The notes beneath the pieces were generated by a model, which saw only the letters and a program-made list of their open reading frames with translations, searched no databases and was not told where the DNA came from. A stretch of DNA of 63,639 nt, the filler included, from Octopus bimaculoides (lineage: Eukaryota), in NCBI RefSeq assembly GCF_001194135.2. It is 5 parts of 4 records of this genome, joined end to end, with 100 filler letters (N's around TTAATTAATTAA, not from the genome) between each part and the next. Parts side by side here need not be neighbours in the genome. Positions count along the whole stretch, not along the records: positions 1 to 14,933 come from NC_068983.1; 4 more parts are not named here. The stretch is one strand, 5' to 3'. How positions within the stretch are numbered: position 1 is the first letter of the stretch; each line of letters begins with the position of its first letter. Both the position numbers and the translations under genes were made by a program. Of the stretch, positions 1-14,174 are shown in pieces.

Positions 1-18
1 GTGGCGTACGTACACTTT

Positions 19-102
<84 letters not shown>

Positions 103-502
103 GTAAAATAGCTGTATAGAGTTTGTACTCATACTTATCTGGTTTTATATTTCTCCAATACTTTGTGACATGGATGAAAAAAAAGAAAAAACTTTCTTGT
201 TTTACTTTGTTGGTAGTTTACTACTACTTCCACTAATGAAACTCGATTAGTTTAATCTTAGACTATTTTCGCAATCATTCTTCCAACAGTATAATCTGGG
301 AACAATTGATGAAATTGAAGTTTTCTAGTTTTATTGCTTGTTACTTTCTATTGTGAATAATACCCATGCCTGTGAGTGTGTTTTATAAGTACATATATAT
401 TTTTTCTCAATGGTATTTTAGCTTTCTTATTCATTTAATCGAGTGCATCTTGAAAATAATCTGTCTGTGCAAGTCCAAGTTTTGCTTCTCCGTTTATTAT
501 TA

Positions 503-572
<70 letters not shown>

Positions 573-3500
573 CATCATCATCATTTCCTTTCTGCAGCAA
601 TTAAACTTTCGAAAGCACCATTCGCTATTTTGGTATTTACTGAAGCTTCGAATAGTGTAAACATAGAAACAATTTCTTACATTAGTTGATTGCTATGTAA
701 TGAGAGATTTTGTTCACATGTGTGTTATCTGATGTTTTGTTGTGGTGTTTGGCATTAACAACTATTACCAAACGACTACATTTACTGATAGTATCGACTG
801 CTATGATTTTGTGACAGAATTTTCAAACTTTCTGTCACTGCAAAGGGAAGTGAACTATAATATATTCTACACATGAACTAGTAAGTGGCAGATGAATTAA
901 CGCCTCATAGGAGACTTTAACAGATTTAGGCTTCTGCACTGTTTTCATGGAGATTGCTTAATAAGCTACTTTTTCCTTCTGAGTAAATATTTTTCTTGTT
1001 AAACTTCTCTGCTTGGTCCAAAACCATCGTACATCACTATGGCTTTACCCAGAGACTGTAATTGATTGCAATTCTATATTCTGCTAGTGTGAAATATTTC
1101 AGCTGCAAACATTTGAGATTAACTTTATCTCATTCAACCGTTATAACTAATATATAATATCTGTCACCACTAATCTTATATACTTTATTGCCAATTCTTT
1201 TCCGCTCTCTGTGTATCATTTCATTGCTAAGTTCTGTCTGTCTGTGTCTAATATCAATAGCAGCAGCAGCAGCAACACCAGCTCATGCCAAATACCAAAT
1301 TCTTCTGTTAGTGAAGAGTCTTTCATGATATTTTACAATAAGTACCCAATAATCTAATTGTATTGAAATTGTAAATGTTTCTTAAGAAAATATATAACTG
1401 ACCGCAACTCCTGCCCCTTCCTCTTCAAATCAGCTAATATTCCTTAACTTACAGTATTAAGAATGTGATATGTATTATGGTATCATTCACAGAATGAATG
1501 AAATATGTGGAGAATACAGTCTCTTGATATATAAATTCTAAAGATAGTATTTAAATTATTTCAAATTCTATATTATATTTTATAGATATAGATTTACAAT
1601 ATTGTTTAAATAATTAATTTATTGTTTGAATATTTAAACAATATTTGAATTAATGACAATATTATTTAGTAAGAATTACGAATGATTACTGCCAGGTTTT
1701 TGTTTACTTTCTCAAGCTGAGACAAATTTTTATTCCTTGCAATTTATCCTTTTGCATTCATCATTCAATACATCACCATCTACCTGAATTATATAAAAGT
1801 GATGTCCATGAAGTTCATGACCCAATGTTAATTCCTAATTCCTGGTTGAAGTTATTTCTCTCCATTTACATTGCCAACATCACTGGAGGGAAAACAAAAA
1901 TAAATAAGTAGAAAATCAAAAAAAAAAAAAAAAAATTTGAACAGCAGAAACCCACCTCTTAGGCCTTTCCTGTTGTCAAATAAAATATAAGGTTTAATGT
2001 AAGGTATTGATAATACCGGAATTAACAATTCTCAAGTGGAGAATATATTTGGTAGATTCATTAAAAAGCTGTTAGATAAACAATTTAGTAATCAGGGAAT
2101 AACAATATTTATTGACTTTTTGTCATAATACTTGAATATGTCATTTTTATCCCCTGATTTTACAAACCATGACAGTTATTGTCTGAAGTAACAAGGCAGT
2201 TTTTTCATTGCTGCTGCTGCTGCTTCTGCTGTTGTTATTGCTGTTATTATTAGTAAAATGTTAATAGAATTTAAACTGAGCTATTTAGATGTGCTCGCAA
2301 CTCTTTTGTTGAGTAAGTCTTATTTTTATTACATTCCCAAACCCAATATTACATTTTTAGAAAGGGAAATAAATAAATAAATAAATGAATAAATAAATTA
2401 ATGAAATAAAAAAAATAAAACACTATACATAGATAAAAACAAAACTGGAAATATTCTCTTATCATAATATCTATTTTTGCAATACAACCAGCTTTCATAC
2501 TTTGAATGAGCTACAAATATATTCATTTTATTTCGAAATATAATACACTGACTTGAGAAATTATCCGACTCCCTACCTCCTTGCCACTCTCACCCCCACC
2601 TGTCCCACTTTTCCACTTTCTATAATAATTTCTGGTTTCTCATGAATAATGCTCTGGCATTTCCAAACTGAATCAGTATACAATCTGTCACCCGTCTCCT
2701 GGGTTTACCAAAAAGCTTTTGATAAATAGCTCATAGTGAATAGATTCATTTCTACCTGAAGACATTCTTGTAATATACTTAAACCAATGTAGCTAACTCT
2801 CGTCCATTTGCAAGGCTACTGAAGATAATTATTAATATTCTACTGATGCTGAAAAATTGAATCTTAACATTTCTCTCTCAAAAGTTATTTATTTTAATTT
2901 CCAACTGAACAAACTAGTCAAATAAATGGAAGTTGGCATAACTAATAGACAGAGATGGCAAAGATCAGCATCTTATTTATTACCTTACAAGAAAATTATA
3001 AACTTAATAATAATAATAATAACAATAATAATGATTTCAAATTTTGGTACAAGGCCAGCAATTTCAGGGAGAGGGTAAATTGATTACATCGACCCCCCCA
3101 GTGCTCAACTGGTACTTATTTTGTTGACCCCCCAGAAAGGATGAAAGGCAAAGTCGACTTCAGCGGAATTTGAACTCAGAACGTGAAGACAGGTGAAATG
3201 CCACCAAGCATTTTGCTCAACATGCTANNNNNNNNNNNNNNNNNNNNNNNNNNNNNNNNNNNNNNNNNNNNNNNNNNNNNNNNNNNNNNNNNNNNNNNNN
3301 NNNNNNNNNNNNNNNNNNNNNNNNNNNNNNNNNNNNNNNNNNNNNNNNNNNNNNNNNNNNNNNNNNNNNNNNNNNNNNNNNNNNNNNNNNNNNNNNNNNN
3401 NNNNNNNNNNNNNNNNNNNNNNNNNNNNNNNNNNNNNNNNNNNNNNNNNNNNNNNNNNNNNNNNNNNNNNNNNNNNNNNNNNNNNNNNNNNNNNNNNNNN

Positions 3501-4501
3501 NNNNNNNNNNNNNNNNNNNNNNNNNNNNNNNNNNNNNNNNNNNNNNNNNNNNNNNNNNNNNNNNNNNNNNNNNNNNNNNNNNNNNNNNNNNNNNNNNNNN
3601 NNNNNNNNNNNNNNNNNNNNNNNNNNNNNNNNNNNNNNNNNNNNNNNNNNNNNNNNNNNNNNNNNNNNNNNNNNNNNNNNNNNNNNNNNNNNNNNNNNNN
3701 NNNNNNNNNNNNNNNNNNNNNNNNNNNNNNNNNNNNNNNNNNNNNNNNNNNNNNNNNNNNNNNNNNNNNNNNNNNNNNNNNNNNNNNNNNNNNNNNNNNN
3801 NNNNNNNNNNNNNNNNNNNNNNNNNNNNNNNNNNNNNNNNNNNNNNNNNNNNNNNNNNNNNNNNNNNNNNNNNNNNNNNNNNNNNNNNNNNNNNNNNNNN
3901 NNNNNNNNNNNNNNNNNNNNNNNNNNNNNNNNNNNNNGCTCATCACCTTAATGATAGTAATAATAATAATTGTTTTTAATTTTTGGCTCAAGACTAGCAA
4001 TTTACTGGAATGGGGATAGGGTTAGGGTCAATTATATCAACCCCAGTGCTTGACTGGTACTCATTTTATTGACCAATTATGAAAGATGAGTTTCTAAAAT
4101 GCATAGAAAAGTTCGAAGTATTACTTTGGTCAAATGGTAGAACACCTGTCATGTGTACAGGAAATGTGGGTTGGAGTCCTAGGGACAGCTTTCAACTTTT
4201 TCTATCTAAAAATATTTACACACTATTATTTATTGCTTTATCTGCTTCAAGGTAACTTTCCAGAAAGAAAAAAAAAAGTGATTGTTTCAAATTTTGGCAT
4301 AGTGCCAGTAGTTCTTGTGGGAATGGGGTTTGCTGATTACACTGATCCCACCAGTCCTCAACTGGAATTTATTTTATCAACCCCAAGGAAATGAACAACA
4401 AATTCTACCTTGGTGGAATTTGAATTCAGAATATAAAGAGTTGAAGGAAATACCACTAAGTATTTTTCCAAATGTGCTATCAATTCTGCTATCTTACTTC
4501 C

Positions 4502-5339
<838 letters not shown>

Positions 5340-5867
5340 TAATCCTTTCTACTAAAGGCACAAGGTCTGAAATTTGGGGAGGGGGTTAGTCGATTACATT
5401 TACCCCAGTGCTTAACTGGTGCTTCTTTTATTGACCCCGCGAGGATGAAAGGCTAAGTTGACCTCAGTGACATTTGAACTCCGAACATAAAGACAGATGA
5501 AATGCCGCTAAGCATTTTGCCTGGCATTCTAAAGGTTCTGCCAGCTCATCATCATCATCATCATCGTTGTCGTTTAATGTCCACTTTCCATGCGTTGGAT
5601 GGTTTGACTGAGGGCTGGCAAGGCAGAAGGCTGCACGAGGCTCCAGTCTGATCTGGCAAAGTTCCTAGAGCTGGATGCCCTTCCTAACACCAACCATTCC
5701 AAGAGTGTAATGGGTGGTTTTTACGTGCCACTGGCATGAGGGCCAGTCAGGCAGTACTGGCATCGACCATGCTTGAATGGTGCTTTTTACGTGCCACTGG
5801 TGCAGGAGCCAGTCAGGTGGCACTGGTAATGACCATGCTGAAATGGTGCTTTTTACATGCCACCATC

Positions 5868-5923
<56 letters not shown>

Positions 5924-7633
5924 ATTTGTTTCAAAGTTTGGTGAAGGCCAGCAATTTTAGAATCAGTCAGTGTAATCAGTTCCAGTACTCAATTCATATT
6001 TTATTACATTCAGGTCCCCAAAGAATGGAAATACTATTGACCCAGTACTTGACTGGTACTTTATTTTATCAAGTCTAGGAGGATTAAAGGCCAAAGTTAA
6101 TTGTGGTAGAATTTGAACCCAGAACGTTCAAAAGACAAAAAAAACAAAAAACAAAAAAAATAAATAAATAACATAAACATTTTGTTCATTGGTCTAATGT
6201 TTCTGCTAAGCGCCTGATTGGACTTTCATAGTGAGATCCAATTGAAGTTGACTTATCCCTAGTATGTGGCTGGTACCGTTTTATCAACTTTGGAAAAATT
6301 GAAGATCAAGGTCAAATTTCTGCAAGATTTGAAGTTTGGTAAATGGCAGAGTGGAAACCTAAAACACTGGAACTTAACTTTTAATCTAATTCTTCAAACA
6401 GTGGAATAAATTTTATGCCTCACAGCATGAAATTATACGGTGGAATAAATTTTATGGCTCGTAGCATAAAATTCATTCCGGTGTTTGAATTATTTGTATT
6501 ACTATTTACCAATGCAGAACATCACTGATTTCTTCAGATTCTACAGCTTTTGCTTTTAATCGAATGCTCTATCATTTCTGAGACACTCTGCTGCTACCTT
6601 AATATCTTCACCGGCAATAATAGCCTTTAAGGAAACAATTATTTCTTAATTTGGGAGAAAGCCATAGATTTCTGGACAAGGAGATTTTGCAACTATATGG
6701 TTACAGTTGTTTGAGCATTAGATAGAACACCCTTGTGAGATTTACTCTGTATCTCTGTGCTCTCGAGTTCAATTCTTGTTACGGTCAGTTTTCATCCATT
6801 GAGGGTTAATAAAATTCAGTATCAATCAAGGGCAGTGGATTGGTAGAACAATTTTGTAGCAGTTGTGGTGGCTCTTTGCATTCAAATCACATCAGGGCAG
6901 CTTACCTGAGTTGTAAGCTTAATCCAGCATTTGGTTGAACACCAACATCTAGCACATTGAGAATCTTTATTGGAGTTCATTTCATGCATGCATTTGGGTA
7001 GCCAAGGACTTTGGTTTCAGGTTCTCTCTCTCTCTCTCTCTCCCCACAAGAGATAAACCCCTGTTGAAGGATCCTGGGTACCTTGCTTCTCACCACAATA
7101 AAAATCAAAATAAATTTCACATCTCTTAATCCTTGAGCATTCAAATTACTCTGCCAAGTATAATGCATATTTATTCACAGTGTTTTGAAACAATTCTACA
7201 TATCTCAGAGCTTCAAGATTTTGATGACATGATTGTTTATTTTTAGAATGACATTGTAGAGGAAGTGTGAGAGGCCAGACCTGGCTAGTTTGGACATCAA
7301 ACAGATAGAATATTTGGGCTGAATATGATCAGTTTAAATAGTAAAAGGTTAGGAGAAACAACAGTATAAGAACAATGAATAGCATGAATTAGAAACTGAA
7401 CCTTGTTTATAAATTTGCTCTGCCCCACAGTACAACACCTATTCTGCAGAGTATGGTAATGATATATGTAATACTAAACATTTTCCCCACACTCCTGTGA
7501 AACAAAATTGCACATGGCTGTGATGTACTGAGTTTAATCTGGTTGTACAACAAAACCTTGCATGAAAATATTAAAAATACATAATGAAAAATAACTAAGT
7601 AAATAGATAAATAAATAGATTAATTAATTAATT

Positions 7634-8059
7634 AATACAATTAAACCTTGGGAGAGGCATTATGCCGGTAATAAACACACGCACTGGTTCAGTCCTTTAT
7701 TAATTTATATAATTAAAAAATCTCTATCTGATCTGATATAAACGAAATTGTTACAAACACACATATGGACGCACATACTTACATATAAGCACGAACACAT
7801 AAGTGCGTGCACACATATGAGCGTGCACACATACGAGCTTGCACACACTCACATGCTCATACCGAACAGTTTCGAAACAACGCCAAAACAACGCCAGATC
7901 ATACATTCAAAATAAATGGAAGTGGAGAGACAAGTTACTGAAGAGATTGCAAGAGTGCAATGAAATAATTTAACAGAAAACTATATAAATTAATAAAGGA
8001 CTGAACCAGTGCGTGTGTTTATTACCGGCATAATGCCTCTCCCAAGGTTTAATTGTATT
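7634..8059 (+). mobile_element. Penelope-like/retrozyme-like relic with a perfect 78-bp inverted repeat
   Basis: 7634-7711 is the exact reverse complement of 7982-8059. A hammerhead motif at 7934-7974 lies just before the right arm, which contains AATAAA. Confidence 0.6.
7934..7974 (+). ncRNA. Minimal type I hammerhead ribozyme motif
   Basis: GTTA-CTGAAGA-G-ATTGCA(AGAG)TGCAAT-GAAA-TA-ATT-TAAC: intact CUGANGA and GAAA core, 6-bp stem II, 4-bp stem I, minimal stem III, AUU triplet. Confidence 0.6.
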
Positions 8060-8126
8060 TCTTTCAACACACGTATCCACATCAAGAATCTTGCACACGA
8101 AATACACATACGAAATAATTAATTAA

Positions 8127-8175
<49 letters not shown>

Positions 8176-8350
8176 AAGGATTTTGAGAGTAACACTAGGA
8201 TGTGGAATGTCTTCTATGATAACTAACAGCCAAGTATCAAAGCTTATAATGTGTGAAAAGAGAAGTTATGAGACCTCTGACAACAGGCTGCTGTCCACTC
8301 TCACAAAATCTACCAGAACAAACAAGATTGAACGTTCTGAGAAGTAAAAC

Positions 8351-8397
<47 letters not shown>

Positions 8398-8630
8398 GCT
8401 AAAACCATCCCTGTTGTTGTAGGCACCCTGAGAATGATTAAGAAGGGCACTAAGCAATTTTTTGACCAGATCTCTGGGTAACCAACAATCAATGAGACTC
8501 AAAAAATTGTGTTCACATCAACTACTCACATTCTTAGGAAGTTTCTCTCCATTTAATATATATATACTTTAGGTCTCTGGTTGAGATTCAGTTGAAAGAG
8601 GAAATAAAATGCAAATCAAATGGAAAATAA
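8398..8630 (+). mobile_element. R4/Dong-type LINE 3' fragment
   Basis: Reads AKTIPVVVGTLRMIKKGTKQFFDQISG*PTINETQKIVFTSTTHILRKFLSI*. The 3' UTR shares GGTCTCTG.TGAGA with the 4536 copy. (TAA)n on both sides. Confidence 0.8.
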
Positions 8631-10604
8631 TAATAAGAATAACAACAATAATAATTGTGGTTGTCTCTAATTTTGGTACAGAGTCAATAGATTTAAAGGG
8701 GAATGAGCAGAAATTGATTATATTGACCATACTACATCACTGGTACTTATCTTATTGACCTTCAAAGGATGAAAAACGAAGTCAACCTTGGTGGAATTTG
8801 TGCTTAGATGGACAAAATGACGCTAAGCATTTTGTCTGGTGTGCTAACAGTTCTGCTAGCTTGATGCCTTAAAAGACCCCCCTTCAGTCATGAATGACCA
8901 TGGTATTGCACCTAGAAAGTTCCCTTTCAAGGCACAAGTGTTGTTTACGGTTGACCAGCAGTCACCCATGCATATCAGCTTCCCTTCTCCATGCCACTGA
9001 TATTATCCAAGGCAAAAGCTGATGCATCTTGGTACCAATGGCATCACAACTCATTTCTACAGTTGAGCAAACTGGAGCAACGTGAAATAAAGTGTCTTGC
9101 TCAAGAACACAACACACAGCCCAGTCTGAGAATCAAACTCATTATCTCATAATTGTGAGCCCGACGTTCCTCGGAGCTTTGATAATAATAATAATAATCT
9201 CCCTAAAAAATGTAAGAAATACAATAATCTGTTGCTTTAGCTTTTAAGAATATTTTTGGGTATTTGTAATTTAGTTGATCTTACCTTGCAGAAATTCTTC
9301 ATTTTGTTTTTTACTTTTTTGTGTGTGCATGTGTGTGTAGTGATTAAGAGTGGGGGGTGGAGAGCAATAATTGGTGAAGTCTGTTAATCAGAGAAAAATG
9401 CACAGTATAAATATTTTTTCTTAAGTTTCATATTATCAGTCTTTTTTTTATTATCTATTTAGTTTATTTTTTTATTTTTGTACAACTATTTCCCCAATTT
9501 CTAAATAGATTTAGAATGAGAGAGCTTTGAGAATGGAAAATTAGATAATATAGCTAGGCATAGAATTAAATGATATGTTAATACAATATAGTGTATCAGT
9601 CAGTCGTGTTATATTTGCCTTTATCATCATAATGTTTTTTTGGGGGGTTTTTTCCCTCTCCAGATGATTCCACCACCATATAGTAATCAGAAAGCTATTG
9701 CACTAAACATGAAACTCACCCTCCTTGCTTCGTTATGTGATTCTATATATGTGTGTGTTGGCTGTATCTGGGAGCTGGCACATGCTTGCATGTTGTTGCA
9801 TTGTGTAGAACAGATAGCAAAGTTTCAATCAGAATACTGTAGAGTGCTCCACAGGCATCATCATCGTCATCATCATCATTGTCATCATCTTCCTCATTGT
9901 TTATTGTTATCAGTATTAAATTCACTGTCCTTATACGATTGTCCTGGGTTAGGGTTAGGGTTCTGTTTTACGATATCCTTGGCACAATGCTGAATGCACA
10001 GCACAGATATGGCAGAACTGATAGCAAATAACTTGAGTGTGGTAAGGTTTGTATAGGCCTGAGAAACGAGGGTTAGATTTTTATGGTTCTCTGCATTTCC
10101 ACGTTCTACTGCAGTGACTGCTGTAGGTGAATATGGAAAGCAATAATTACTTGGTTGGATATGATATGTAACAGGTTTCACTTTAGGTTCACACATGAAT
10201 ATCTACACATTCTTTTTTGCTATTAAGGAGGAACAAAATCTGATGGGCCTTGATTTGACTTTTTTTTTGTGTGTTTTTCTTTTCACATTACTGCCCATCA
10301 TCTGTTGTGCCTTGTTTTTTTTTTTTTTCTTATCCTTATCTTTTATTCTTTCTTAAAGGAACAGTAATAACAATTTCATTTAACCAAGCATCAGGGCTTC
10401 CTTTTTTTTTTTTTTTCTGCAGTCTTCATAAATAGCTTGGTTGATTGAACCGATCTCGTGCCTGCCCCCACTCCCCTTCTCCCACCCATGCCAACACTGA
10501 AAATTATTAGTAGTTCTTTTATTGTCCCTGGATGGGTTTGATAAAATCACTGCTATTAACCATGCACCAACATCTAGCCATCTACACACAAACACCTATG
10601 CACA

Positions 10605-10636
<32 letters not shown>

Positions 10637-11058
10637 TTAAATGTATCTATGTTTGTGTGTGTATAAAACAATGTATTAGGTTTACACTCAGGAAAAATAG
10701 AAGGAAAAGGCTTTTATGTTTCAAGCATACACTCTTCTACAGAAAGAACAGACAAAGAGAGAATAAAATGTGGTGAGGGAAGATATATATATATCTATAA
10801 ATATATAAATATACATATGTGTGTGTATGTGTATGTGTGTGTATATATATATATATATATATAAATGTGTATACATATTTACACATACTCACACACATGC
10901 ACACACGTTCTGAGCATCTGAATCATATTATGTGTAAGGTATTATGAATGCATTTTCTGTGTGTATGTATTGTAGTGTAATATACTATGAGGAGTTGTAA
11001 AATAAATGGTTGTAAGTCAGCCCTTGCAGAGGCAGATCGATAGCAAATGATTTCACGT

Positions 11059-11114
<56 letters not shown>

Positions 11115-11254
11115 TCTAGAAATTATATCTGTTCGCTGCAAAAAATCGAAATAACAAAATATAAACAAACAAAAAACCCTTCCTGATAACCAGATGATTT
11201 GGAATCTTCTGAAACATATTGGTAATAAACTCAAAAGTCGATTGTATCTGTATT

Positions 11255-11260
11255 TGTTGC

Positions 11261-11306
<46 letters not shown>

Positions 11307-11314
11307 GCTGTTGC

Positions 11315-11352
<38 letters not shown>
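11255..11352. repeat. (GTT)n microsatellite
   Basis: Seen directly. Confidence 0.98.
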
Positions 11353-11355
<3 letters not shown>

Positions 11356-12363
11356 GGTGTTTGGTTGGAAGAGACAAACTAAAATGCTGCAATGCATTTT
11401 GTCTGACACACCATTGCCATGACCACTTTCATCAAATGAACAATAATTATAATGATAACAATGTTGCAAATAGGAGTAAAAAGCTAGATTAATACAAACC
11501 AGTGAAATGCCCTTTTTTTTTTTTTTTTTTTTAAGTATTTTCGTGAGTTGATAGAAACAGCAACCAAATCTTCCTCACATCACAGAATGCCATCATAAAA
11601 ACAAAAAAAAAAGAAAATTCAGTAGATAATGGGATCCTTCAAAACCGTACAGTCGTCATCATCATCATCATCATCTTTTTAATGTCCACTTTTCCAAGCT
11701 TGCATAAGTGAAATAGAATTCGTTCATTTAAGGCAGATATCTGCAGCTGGATGCTGGATGTTCTTCTCCTCCACAACCCTCACTTGATTTTAAGCAAGAT
11801 ATTATTTATCATAGTGCTTCAAATACAAANNNNNNNNNNNNNNNNNNNNNNNNNNNNNNNNNNNNNNNNNNNNNNNNNNNNNNNNNNNNNNNNNNNNNNN
11901 NNNNNNNNNNNNNNNNNNNNNNNNNNNNNNNNNNNNNNNNNNNNNNNNNNNNNNNNNNNNNNNNNNNNNNNNNNNNNNNNNNNNNNNNNNNNNNNNNNNN
12001 NNNNNNNNNNNNNNNNNNNNNNNNNNNNNNNNNNNNNNNNNNNNNNNNNNNNNNNNNNNNNNNNNNNNNNNNNNNNNNNNNNNNNNNNNNNNNNNNNNNN
12101 NNNNNNNNNNNNNNNNNNNNNNNNNNNNNNNNNNNNNNNNNNNNNNNNNNNNNNNNNNNNNNNNNNNNNNNNNNNNNNNNNNNNNNNNNNNNNNNNNNNN
12201 NNNNNNNNNTTATTTAATTCCCTCTTTCCCGTGATGATGATCAACAGTACTTAATTTATCAACCATGACGGGATGAATTTGAACCCAGAACAAAAAGATG
12301 GACAAAATGCCACTAAGCGTTTTGTTTGGCACTCTAACAATTCCAATTCTGCTAATTTAGCAT

Positions 12364-12413
<50 letters not shown>

Positions 12414-13623
12414 TTCAAATTTTGGCACAGGACCAGCAGTTCGGTGGGAGAGGTTAAACTGTGTGCATTGAACCCCAGTGCTCAACTGGTCCTTACTTCA
12501 ACTCAGAAAGAGTGAAAGGCAAAGTTGACCCTGGCAGCATTTGAATTCAGAACTTTGAAGTCAGAAGAAATGCCACTTAGCGTTTGTCTGGCACAGTAAC
12601 AATTCTGCCAGCTCACCACCTTGGTAATATAAATAATTAGAGTAATCATAATAATAACTGTAATGATGATGATGATGATGATGATGATTTCTTAAGCAAT
12701 AATGATATCTTTGTTAATGGACAGAAGGCCATAAATTTACTGGAGAGGCTTAGATAATTAAATTGACTCCAGTACTTGAACATTGCATTACTAAAGTAAT
12801 GAAAGGCAAATTTGACCTCACTGAAATTTGAACTTAGAAGGTGAAGAACCTAAAGAAATGCCTCAAGGCATTTCGTCTGACCCTTTAACAATTCTGCCAA
12901 TCCACTGCCCAATAATAATAATATGGAGAATAATGATAATAATGATAAATTATCACTATTAGTATTATTTCTAAGTAAAGCAGTGAACTGGCAAAATTGT
13001 TAAGGCGTAGAAAAAATTTCTTTTTGTATTTCTTCGAAATCTTTATATTCTGAGTTTAATCTTGCCAGGGCCCCTTGCCTTTCATCTTTTTGAGGTTGCT
13101 ACAAAAAGTACCAGACAAACTCTGGGGTTACTAGCATTGACTAAAGCCCTCTTCTCTAAAGTACCTAAATGAGAAACCATTATACTATTACTTCACCCTG
13201 GTGGCACATAAATGAAATCATAAGGTGGTGAGCTGGCAGAATCATTAGCATGTTGGACAAAAAGCTTAGTGGTATTTTGCCTGTCGCTACATTCTGAGTT
13301 CAAATTCTGCCGAGGTTGACTTTGCCTTTCATCCTTTTGAGGTCAAGAAAATAAGTACCAGTTGAATACTGGGGTTGATGTAATCAACTCATTCTCTCCC
13401 ACAAAATTGCTGCCCTTGTGGCAAAATTTGAAACCATTATTATTATCCCTGTTATTGAGTGAGAGAGCAGTGCATGCAATCAAAGTGACACTGGGGTAAA
13501 ATATACGAAGCCCAGTATACCCATCATGACTACCCATCTGATAAGGGTACACCAGGCACATGCATCACAACCACATGTGCGCAACATGGTGATCTCATAT
13601 CATTATTATTTTCATCATCATCA

Positions 13624-13751
<128 letters not shown>

Positions 13752-14170
13752 AAAGTGGTGAGATGGCAGAACCATTAGCATGCCGGACAAAATGCTTAGT
13801 AACATTTTTGCCCGTTCTTACATTCTGAGTTCAAATTCCGCTGAAGTTGACTATGCTTTTCATCCTTTTGGGGGTCATTGAAATAAGTACCAGTTACACA
13901 CTGGGGTCGATGTAATTGACTTGCCCACCTCACCCCCAAAATTTGAAACCATTATTATTATTATTATTATTATTATTGAGGTAGTGAGCTGGCAGAATCA
14001 TTAGCATGACAGGCAAAATGCTTAGTGGCATTTTGCCCATCCTTACACTCTGAGTTGAAATTCCACCAAGGTTGACTTTGCCTTTCATTCTTTTGTGGTT
14101 GATAAATTAAATACCAGTGGTTGATGTAATCAACTAGTACCCCGCTGCCAAGTTTCTCTAGTAGAAAGTT
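13752..14170 (+). mobile_element. tRNA-type SINE family A, two head-to-tail copies (representative of more than 25 copies)
   Basis: A-box-like TGGCAGAATCATTAG, B-box GAGTTCAAATTC and a (TTA)n tail. Other copies at about 3035-3227(-), 4280-4495(-), 5338-5548(-), 8655-8870(-), 12410-12620(-), 13222-13437(+), 16010-16190(+), 21250-21430(+), 29368-29580(+), 30318-30520(-), 45455-45570(-). Confidence 0.8.
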
Positions 14171-14174
14171 ATTA

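Noticed and set aside
3176-4019. Long ORFs made of X (also at the 11.8, 26.7, 28.2, 43.3, 46.8, 51.8, 54.3 and 62.5 kb gaps)
   Set aside because: They span N gaps and contain no real codons.
5700-5870. Regularly spaced repeats as a CRISPR-like array
   Set aside because: Tandem units lack unique spacers, lie inside a SINE, and the context is eukaryotic with no cas genes.
9946-9962. GGGTTAGGGTTAGGGTT as a telomerase-RNA template or interstitial telomere
   Set aside because: Under three units, longer than a typical ~1.5-repeat template, with no recognisable pseudoknot or H/ACA context.
9640-10196. Overlapping 117-aa (+) and 100-aa (-) ORFs
   Set aside because: No recognisable domain, they include (CAT)n low complexity, and they cannot be phased with neighbouring splice sites.
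13222-13437. tRNA-like A/B boxes as tRNA genes
   Set aside because: They are heads of multi-copy SINEs with no complete cloverleaf.
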